Part shown: positions 25,906 through 32,000 of the stretch, piece after piece
How the letters are laid out: each line of letters opens with the position of its first letter
Numbering within the stretch: position 1 is the first letter of the stretch
Assembly (NCBI RefSeq): GCF_000196555.1
Contig: NC_015067.1
Location: 450,001 to 482,000, forward strand
Origin: Bifidobacterium longum subsp. longum JCM 1217
GTDB taxonomy: Bacteria > Actinomycetota > Actinomycetes > Actinomycetales > Bifidobacteriaceae
Direction of reading: 5' to 3'
Length of the DNA stretch: 32,000 nucleotides
Translations under genes and position numbers: made by a program
Notes under the pieces: model-generated
The model's input: only the letters and a program-made list of their open reading frames with translations
Database searches by the model: none
Told to the model about the DNA's origin: nothing

Positions 25906-26913
25906 ATGAATATCAAAGATGAAGTAAAAAAGTTAACTCCAGTTTTTTTGTTGGAAAGAAAACAGTGGCTGCATTTAAAACATGAATCGCTTTATCAACT
26001 GAAACGTTTCTATAATGCCATTACGAATGGTAGCAATAATAATGTAAATCACTGCATCGCCAAGGTAACGTTCTATAGTCATCAAATCGAAAAAGGATTA
26101 AGCCATAGTAATTTTCGCTATGGATTTGGGAAGTCAGCTTTAATGAATCTTTCCTCAGCCTTAGAAGATCTGAAACGATGTGATTCTGACTATCCGGAAT
26201 GTGCGGCTTATCAGAGTGCTGTGGCAGCATTGCAGGAATACCGCTATAAGCATGAAAATGCTGGTTATCACATAGATGATATGATTGCGCTTTTTCCCTC
26301 GGACATCTGGGATGATGCTTCTGCATCTGCTTCCGCTAACGGTGGAAGTGTTCCGGTTAAAGCCTCATTGAAAGATGGAAATGCCACCATTCCCTTTGAG
26401 AACCTGTTCCTAAACCGTAGGTCTGTACGCGAATTTTCTGATAGCCCTCTTACCGAAACCGAGATTCAACATGTGATTGAAGTAGCTACGAAAGCACCGT
26501 CGGTTTGTAACCGTCAGCCGGTTCGTGTGTACGCGATTACGAATAAATCTGTAATTGAGAAAGCGTTGAAGCTACAAGGAGGCTTTAATGGGTATAAGGT
26601 TCCCCCGGCTTTGTTCTTGATCACAGCAGACAATGAAGCTTTTCTTTCGATAAGCGAACACAATGAAGGTTTTGTTGACGGCGGTCTTTTCTCCATGGCC
26701 TTACTAATGGCTATGGAAGCTAATAAGATCGCTGCGTGTCCTTTAAACACTATGTTCTCAAAACAGATTGATCAACAGACGCGTAATTTAATCGGAGTTC
26801 CTGAAAACGAGTTCTTGATTATGTATATTGCTGCTGGACATTTTCCTGATGAAACACATACATGTATTTCTAAACGATATCCTGTTCAGGATATTCTTAC
26901 TATCGTCAGATAG
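25906..26913 (+). CDS. Nitroreductase-family flavoprotein with a ~170-aa N-terminal extension of unknown function
   Basis: The nitroreductase signature begins at NRRSVREFSD (nt 26413), followed by KAPSVCNRQPVRVYAI. The preceding ~169 aa match no domain I recognise. AGGA lies ~8 nt before ATG-25906, and the ORF-track start is 25867. Confidence 0.75.
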   Translation: MNIKDEVKKLTPVFLLERKQWLHLKHESLYQLKRFYNAITNGSNNNVNHCIAKVTFYSHQIEKGLSHSNFRYGFGKSALMNLSSALEDLKRCDSDYPECAAYQSAVAALQEYRYKHENAGYHIDDMIALFPSDIWDDASASASANGGSVPVKASLKDGNATIPFENLFLNRRSVREFSDSPLTETEIQHVIEVATKAPSVCNRQPVRVYAITNKSVIEKALKLQGGFNGYKVPPALFLITADNEAFLSISEHNEGFVDGGLFSMALLMAMEANKIAACPLNTMFSKQIDQQTRNLIGVPENEFLIMYIAAGHFPDETHTCISKRYPVQDILTIVR

Positions 26914-27039
26914 TGTATTCTGAAATACAGTACAAGGTTCATTTCTATGTTTCATAACAGTTCATCGCCAGAATTGTGATAATTAAGTACTATCTACCAC
27001 TTTTTTCATTACTGGCATGTCGAAGAGAAAGGTTGATAA

Positions 27040-28476
27040 ATGAACGGAGTCAAAGATGATGAGCTCCATACCATCGAACGTGTGATAGCGTCTCCTGACG
27101 AGGATGCGATTGGAGGCACGGCTACATACTGCATAGGATGTGGTTCGTGTGCGGTAATAGATCCAGCGTTTCGCATTGCAAAAAATGCAGATGGCTGCTA
27201 TCGAGCTAGTGTTGTCGGTGAGCCTCGTGATTGGATTGCGGCGGAGCGTGTTTGCCCATTCGCGTCCTCGGTAGACGAGAACCAGCTCGGGGAGGAGCTG
27301 TTTAGCAAACAGTCCGGCGTTAAGTATGACCAGCATCTAGGTTATTACCTGAGTGCTTATGCCGGATATGTGTCTGTGGACGGTTGGCGTTCCCGGGGCA
27401 CTTCCGGTGGCATGATCAGTTGGCTGGCTGCTAAAATGCTTCAGGATGGGCTTGTAGATGCGGTCATTCATGCCAAAGATGGTCCTGATCCTAAGAATAT
27501 GTATACTATCCAGATCTCCCGTACTGTCGATGAGATCAAAGCGGGTGCAAAAGCGAAGTATTATCCTATTGAACTCAGCGAGGCCATTAAACAGGTACGT
27601 GAGCACGAAGGGCGTTACCTATTTATCGGCCTTCCGTGCTTTGTTAAGGCCGTTCGGCTTTTACGTCGTGAGGATCCTGTGCTGATGAAGCGCATCCCCT
27701 ATTGCATCGGCTTGATATGCGGACATTTGAAATCTGATTTCTTTGGACAAGCCGAAGCATGGGAGTCAGGCGTGCCTCTTGACAAGATTGCACGTGTGGA
27801 CTTCCGGCACAAGACTTCCGGTACACGTGCCTCGGATTATGCAATTGAGGTGCGTCGCACGGATAAGGATGAGCCTATCGTCAAGCGCATTGCCGAATTG
27901 TCTACTGCAAACTGGGGACTCGGCTATTTCAAATACAATGCGTGTGATTACTGCGATGATGTGCTTGCCGAGACCGCTGACGCGACTTTCGGAGATGCAT
28001 GGATTCCCAAATATGTGTCGGATGACAAAGGTTGCAATGTTATCATCATTCGGAATCAAGCCATTCAGGATTTGTTTAACCGGTATAGGAATGAACTCGT
28101 CCTGCATGATTCGGATGCCACGGAAGTCTATCAATCACAGTCCAGCGGATTCCGCCATCGTCGCCAAGGTCTAGCTGAGCGTCTGTACATCCATCAACAG
28201 CGTGGCGAATGGACACCTACCAAACGTATTAAGCCGTCCCTTGATGGAATTCCTGAACGGCGTCAGCGGGTTTACGCAATGCGCACCATTTTGAAAAATG
28301 AGAGCTTTGTAGCATTCCGTGAGGCCGTCAAAGCCGGGGATTTCACCGTGTTCAACAAACACATGAAACCCCTCGAACGTAAGTACTGGCGCGTTAGTAT
28401 CCCTTTCAAGAAGCGTATGATGAACCTCGTCAAACGAGCCATTAACAAACTAGGCCGAATCCTTAAAAAGCTCTAA
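27040..28476 (+). CDS. FrhB/FdhB-like (coenzyme F420 hydrogenase/dehydrogenase beta-subunit family) Fe-S flavoprotein
   Basis: An N-terminal ferredoxin-like cysteine motif is present (YCIGCGSCAVIDP ... CP). RYLFIGLPCFVKAVRLL and CGHLKS blocks are typical of the FrhB_FdhB family. A basic C-terminal helix is present. Confidence 0.7.
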   Translation: MNGVKDDELHTIERVIASPDEDAIGGTATYCIGCGSCAVIDPAFRIAKNADGCYRASVVGEPRDWIAAERVCPFASSVDENQLGEELFSKQSGVKYDQHLGYYLSAYAGYVSVDGWRSRGTSGGMISWLAAKMLQDGLVDAVIHAKDGPDPKNMYTIQISRTVDEIKAGAKAKYYPIELSEAIKQVREHEGRYLFIGLPCFVKAVRLLRREDPVLMKRIPYCIGLICGHLKSDFFGQAEAWESGVPLDKIARVDFRHKTSGTRASDYAIEVRRTDKDEPIVKRIAELSTANWGLGYFKYNACDYCDDVLAETADATFGDAWIPKYVSDDKGCNVIIIRNQAIQDLFNRYRNELVLHDSDATEVYQSQSSGFRHRRQGLAERLYIHQQRGEWTPTKRIKPSLDGIPERRQRVYAMRTILKNESFVAFREAVKAGDFTVFNKHMKPLERKYWRVSIPFKKRMMNLVKRAINKLGRILKKL

Positions 28477-28790
28477 TTTCCGCCGCGAATATGTTCCGAT
28501 GTTCTAATGCCGATAATCGGAATGGATTCATATCGATAGGACTACCATTTTGGTGCAGGGGCTGCGGGCGTCTTTTTAAGATAGCCATGCAGCCCCTATT
28601 ACTGTGATGCGTACAATGATAAGGGGGGTGAAGACCAAAGTGCGCAAAACTTTGGGCCCTAGGGGACACTTGCAGGTCGGGTGCGACGTTGTACAACGCC
28701 ATGCGCATCTGCCCGTAGCTCATATGGGCAGACAAGGGTAAGAGAGATGCCGGTTCCACGGCCGTCCTTATCGGGAGGCTTCTGTTTTCT

Positions 28791-30008
28791 CTATGCTCGG
28801 TCGTCATAGGTCTGTTCCTCCGACGGTGCGGCTCTGCGAATGAAATCACCCATGCCGGGAACGGTGAATGCCAAGAGCCCACGTTCTGGCGAATATGCCA
28901 GCCCGGAATCGATGATGCCTTTTCTGACCCGTACGACATCCGCAGGTGGCCGTCCCAGTCGTTCCGCGATCTCCGCCGAGCTGCACACGCTTTTTTCGAG
29001 CGAGGCCATGGCCCTCATGTATTCCCGTTCCAGTGGGCGGGCCCGTTGCCAGCGTGATTCGTATAGGCCGCTGTCCAGTGATGCCTGCGCTATGGGTTCG
29101 CCCTTGATGACGGCGGACAATGGGATTGGTGATGATTCGGATTCATCGAAGGCTGCAGAACCATATGCCTGGATGAAATACGGATACCCCTTGGAGAGCT
29201 CTATGAGACGGTTCAGGGCATCGTCGTCGAATCGCACATTGATTTTGCCGATGGTCTTTTCGAAGCATTCCCTGGTCTCGTCTTCGGGGAGCCGTCCGAT
29301 TCGCTTGTACTGGAACAGGCGTTCGGCGTAGGAGCGTGATTTGGTAAGCACGCCGGGAAGGTTGGGCAGTCCCGCCGCGATGACGTAGAAGGGCAGATCC
29401 TCCTGTCCCATGCTGTGCTGCAGTCCGATGATGGTGCCCATCAGGTCGCTGGACATCACTTGGAACTCGTCGATGAACAGGAACAGGCCCGATCCTTCCT
29501 TTTTGAGTTCGCGGCATAGTTCCTCGACCATCATTTCGAGTCGCAGCGAGTCGCTGGATATGCCTTTGTCCTCGTTGCCGAGCCCGATTGACGTTTTGAT
29601 TAACCCGAGTTCGAGGGAAACCTCGTTGACGTGTTTGAGGGAGTCGAGCATTTTCTGTCGGAGCGTTCCTCTTCTCTCGCGCAGTATCGCTTTGGAGATG
29701 CCGTCGAAGAGGAGTTCGTAGTCGTGGGTCTCGTTTCCCGTGGCTTCCATGCGGACGGTAATGAGTCCTTGGCCGGCGGCCATGTCTTTCATTCTCAGCA
29801 GGAGCACGGTCTTGCCGACGCCTCTCAGCCCGCTGTAGACCAGTCCGCGGTCGGAGTATCCCGCTTTTGTTCTGGCGATGATTCTGTCCATGATTTCGAG
29901 TTCCTGCTCGCGTCCTACGAGTTCCTTGGGTTGTCTTCCCGCTCCGGGCGCGAATGGATTGAGGGCGTGCATCGCTTCTTTGCGTCTGGCTAAATCCACG
30001 GTGTTCAT
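28791..30008 (-). CDS. AAA ATPase (Arch_ATPase/ORC-Cdc6-like) with C-terminal winged-helix domain
   Basis: The sequence starts LVGREQELEIMDRII, then Walker A GLRGVGKT and Walker B LFLFIDEFQ. The C-terminal wHTH-like segment is SSAEIAERLGRPPADVVRVRKGIIDSGL. AAGGAACC precedes ATG-30008, so the ORF-track start at 30074 is unlikely. Confidence 0.7.
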   Translation of the reverse strand: MNTVDLARRKEAMHALNPFAPGAGRQPKELVGREQELEIMDRIIARTKAGYSDRGLVYSGLRGVGKTVLLLRMKDMAAGQGLITVRMEATGNETHDYELLFDGISKAILRERRGTLRQKMLDSLKHVNEVSLELGLIKTSIGLGNEDKGISSDSLRLEMMVEELCRELKKEGSGLFLFIDEFQVMSSDLMGTIIGLQHSMGQEDLPFYVIAAGLPNLPGVLTKSRSYAERLFQYKRIGRLPEDETRECFEKTIGKINVRFDDDALNRLIELSKGYPYFIQAYGSAAFDESESSPIPLSAVIKGEPIAQASLDSGLYESRWQRARPLEREYMRAMASLEKSVCSSAEIAERLGRPPADVVRVRKGIIDSGLAYSPERGLLAFTVPGMGDFIRRAAPSEEQTYDDRA

Positions 30009-30101
30009 GTGCGGTTCCTTTGGCCTTCCATAAGTTCTAGGTAAAAATATACACTTATATACACATATATACATGAATATGTGAGTTCAAGCGAACTGAT
30101 G

Positions 30102-30311
30102 CTACGCCGGCTCGTCCCCGTCCCCATCAAACTTGTGCTCATCCTCGTAGGCAACGATGTCCATATCGCCTCGATGGAGTTTCTTGAGTGTTTCAGCTAC
30201 TCGCGCCTGCTCATCATCAACAATAGGGCGCTCGCCGGCTAAGCATGTGAGACCATCGGATACTGCGGAAAACACTGCCGAACCCGCCCAACAAACATTG
30301 AAGCAATACAT
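30102..30311 (-). CDS. Hypothetical small acidic protein (69 aa); coding status doubtful
   Basis: This is an open frame only. There is no Shine-Dalgarno before ATG-30311 (the upstream sequence is AAATAAAAA). The C-terminus is acidic. It is co-oriented with, and 93 bp upstream of, the ATPase gene. Confidence 0.25.
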   Translation of the reverse strand: MYCFNVCWAGSAVFSAVSDGLTCLAGERPIVDDEQARVAETLKKLHRGDMDIVAYEDEHKFDGDGDEPA

Positions 30312-30522
30312 TTTTTATTTGCTTCGTTACTGCGTATTCTGCACTCCACATGTGCGAAACGTTGGAATTCCGCCAAAATTTTATTTGCCTGGTATTTGCT
30401 TGGGTGGGTCGCAAAGCGCGGTTGCGGCACGATTCTTAGTGGTGGTGCCTTATGGCGTCGGGCTTTCCTCGCAAATCGAGGTAAGGAAACTGGCCCTTAA
30501 CCCGGAATTTGAAAAAGTAAAA

Positions 30523-30556
30523 GGTCCCTGGCTGTTCACCAGCCAGAGACCTTTTT
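30523..30556. terminator. Bidirectional intrinsic terminator
   Basis: GGTCCCTGGCTG (30523-34), loop TTCAC and CAGCCAGAGACC (30540-51) form a 12-bp stem with one mismatch. It is followed by TTTTT on the plus strand and preceded by AAAAAGTAAAA, which reads as a T-run on the minus strand. Confidence 0.7.
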
Positions 30557-30751
30557 GGTAACAACTGAGGTTGAGGAAACCTCGGCAGTTGGGTCCAACG
30601 GGGCGAAAGTCTGTGGCGCCGCCGAGAAGATTGCCCCGAAGCTAGCGCGACCTTTCTGCTACAACACAGCATACCAGCATCCATCGAACCTTATCTTTTA
30701 CGGGTTCCGGCCCCTCGTCTTCAATCAGGGCACCGTTTCAAGGCAGAAGAA

Positions 30752-31186
30752 TCAGGCGGCCTTCTTGCGACCGCGGCGCTTCATGGTGCCGGCGGTGGCA
30801 TTGGCCGCATCGAAGATCACGGTCTTGCTTTCGGGGTAGGCGGTACCGTTGACGGACTGGTAGGCGATTTCGCCTTCCGGAGCCTCGGGCAGAGTGAAGT
30901 ATGCCTTCACTGCTTCAATGAGCGTGGCTTCCTTGACGCTTACCGAAGCAGCCTGCTTGCCTTCGGGCTTGCTGAACTTAATGGCGTTGTCGGCCTTGGC
31001 GGTGGTCGGGGTCACGGCGATCTGCCTGGTCTTGTCGTTAATCAGCACCTTGACGTACGCCGGGAATCCGAGCACTTCAGCGGTGGCTTTGTTGAAACGA
31101 ATGGCGGAATCGGTGACGGTCAGAACGGTCTTGCCCACCGGCTTGACCAGCTGAACCTCTTCGAATCCCTGAAGCAATGAAGCCAT
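30752..31186 (-). CDS. Hypothetical protein, 144 aa, with basic C-terminal tail (KRRGRKKAA); function unknown
   Basis: A strong RBS (AAGGAGAG) lies 7 nt before ATG-31186, and the ORF-track start at 31213 is less likely. Composition looks native and an AT-rich region lies upstream. The segment IRFNKATAEVLGFPAYVKVLINDKTRQIAV is loosely AbrB/SpoVT-like, which is a weak impression only. Confidence 0.7.
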   Translation of the reverse strand: MASLLQGFEEVQLVKPVGKTVLTVTDSAIRFNKATAEVLGFPAYVKVLINDKTRQIAVTPTTAKADNAIKFSKPEGKQAASVSVKEATLIEAVKAYFTLPEAPEGEIAYQSVNGTAYPESKTVIFDAANATAGTMKRRGRKKAA

Positions 31187-31464
31187 AATTGCTCTCCTTA
31201 TTGCATTGGTCACGTTTTTTTTATTTACGTCACTAATTGTAACCAGCTAATTTCGCATTATACAAACCATATGCATGCATGATTGCATAATTGAAGAACA
31301 TTTGACCTACGTATTGCGCTCCCCGAATAGCACTGATTTAACCAATACCAAGAAAAGCGGAAACAAGAACCCGCAATATCAGCCGTATTGAATATAGAAA
31401 TATGCAATTTCAACATCGCAATAACTGACGGTCTTTTTGCTGGCTCTATTCGCCGATATCGCAT

Positions 31465-32000
31465 TCAGGCCACAGCGCCGAGCATAATATCGACGCCGTG
31501 CTTGATTTCCGCATACACGCGTTCAAACACCTCGCGTGATTGACGATGAGGGTCTTCGGTTTCGAGTGCCGTAGGCAAAAACGGCCGCAGCATAGGTACG
31601 CAATCCATGATTTCGATGAGCCTGTCTGCGGCGGTATCGCCGGCAATCGGACCCTCGGCATGCATATATTTGCAAGCGTTCACGAAGTCATTGAACAGAA
31701 ATACTTTGCGAATAGCCAGTGGATTCTGTTCAAGCAAATCGGAAATTTGCTCACGCTCAAAACACAGAATCAGGTCGGCTTGCCGGCTGATATCGGTGGT
31801 GAGAGGGGTGGAAGAATGGGAATTCGCGTCAATGCCGTCGTTCTTCAGCAAATCGATAACCATCGGATCAGCGGGATGCGGGGGATAGTGCAGAGTACCC
31901 GCGCTGCGCACGGTGATATTGCCGCTCTGCAAGCCAATTCCTCGGTCGGCAAGCTTGGCTCGGGTGTAGTATTCGGCCATCACGGAACGGCATTGATTGC
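31465..32000 (-). CDS. Low-molecular-weight protein-tyrosine phosphatase (LMW-PTP/Wzb-like), 5' end outside the window
   Basis: Reading the minus strand beyond the ORF-track start gives ..NQCRSVMAEYY. This is the C-X5-R-S P-loop of LMW-PTPs, with the catalytic Cys just beyond the window edge. The motifs DLILCFE and a DP-containing loop also fit. Confidence 0.65.
   Translation of the reverse strand, partial: NQCRSVMAEYYTRAKLADRGIGLQSGNITVRSAGTLHYPPHPADPMVIDLLKNDGIDANSHSSTPLTTDISRQADLILCFEREQISDLLEQNPLAIRKVFLFNDFVNACKYMHAEGPIAGDTAADRLIEIMDCVPMLRPFLPTALETEDPHRQSREVFERVYAEIKHGVDIMLGAVA

Noticed and set aside
19500-28500. Prophage, ICE or genomic island with its own mobility genes as the explanation for the low-GC block
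   Set aside because: Every ORF in the block is a polysaccharide-synthesis or tailoring function. I found no integrase, recombinase, tRNA target or flanking direct repeats. Cassette replacement by homologous recombination through the conserved flanks is more parsimonious.
28463-28939. 158-aa minus-strand ORF across the FrhB-like/ATPase junction
   Set aside because: Its 5' part overlaps the 3' end of the ATPase gene in another frame. The rest covers palindrome-rich non-coding DNA. It has no RBS and no recognisable motif.
30312-30751. Known housekeeping ncRNA (tmRNA, RNase P RNA, SRP/4.5S RNA, tRNA) in the ORF-free interval
   Set aside because: On neither strand could I find the diagnostic strings I remember: the SRP GGAAGCAGCC-type helix-8 motif, the RNase P GAAAGUCCGGGC-type P4 region, a tmRNA tag reading frame with a 3' tRNA-like end, or a tRNA cloverleaf. 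A covariance-model scan is still needed.

Overview
This is a high-GC segment: single 60-nt lines counted by hand give 63-67% GC in core genes. GC, IS type and gene content suggest an actinobacterial chromosome, most likely a Bifidobacterium; that is an inference, not a database hit.

Layout:
1. 1-9330 holds transport and redox genes: a GPH sugar symporter, an aldo/keto reductase, a membrane-anchored DUF1524/HNH nuclease, a lower-GC AAA+DUF4143 ATPase, NRAMP MntH and a DHA2-type MFS exporter. The intergenic DNA here is unusually repeat-rich, with three unrelated ordered repeat arrays and an orphan LPXTG-type sorting-signal remnant.
2. 9581-10967 is an IS30-family element. Its right end lies 118 bp upstream of the exopolysaccharide (EPS) locus.
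3. 11085-28476 is a co-directional Wzx/Wzy-dependent EPS locus. It encodes a priming phosphotransferase, a DUF4012 protein, a fused Wzz/BY-kinase, two GT4, a Caps_synth-type transferase, two GT2, a pyruvyl transferase, Wzy, Wzx, a long nitroreductase and an FrhB-like Fe-S protein.
4. The distal ~9 kb of the locus (about 19.5-28.5 kb) is strikingly low-GC (hand counts 33-48%). The GC break falls inside an intact ORF.
5. 28791-32000 holds an ORC/Arch_ATPase-like AAA ATPase with a C-terminal wHTH, a doubtful small ORF, a structured ~440-bp non-coding stretch, a well-signalled 144-aa protein of unknown function, and a 5'-truncated low-molecular-weight protein-tyrosine phosphatase.

I see no CRISPR array, rRNA, tRNA or prophage.

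Best candidates for something undescribed:
- The nitroreductase + FrhB-like redox pair travelling with a pyruvyl transferase in the low-GC EPS cassette.
- The exactly 32-bp-periodic iteron array in front of the low-GC DUF4143 ATPase.
- The two ordered palindromic repeat arrays at 1643-1827 and 2393-2707.

None of these can be confirmed without searches or experiments. I do not claim a definite novel system.
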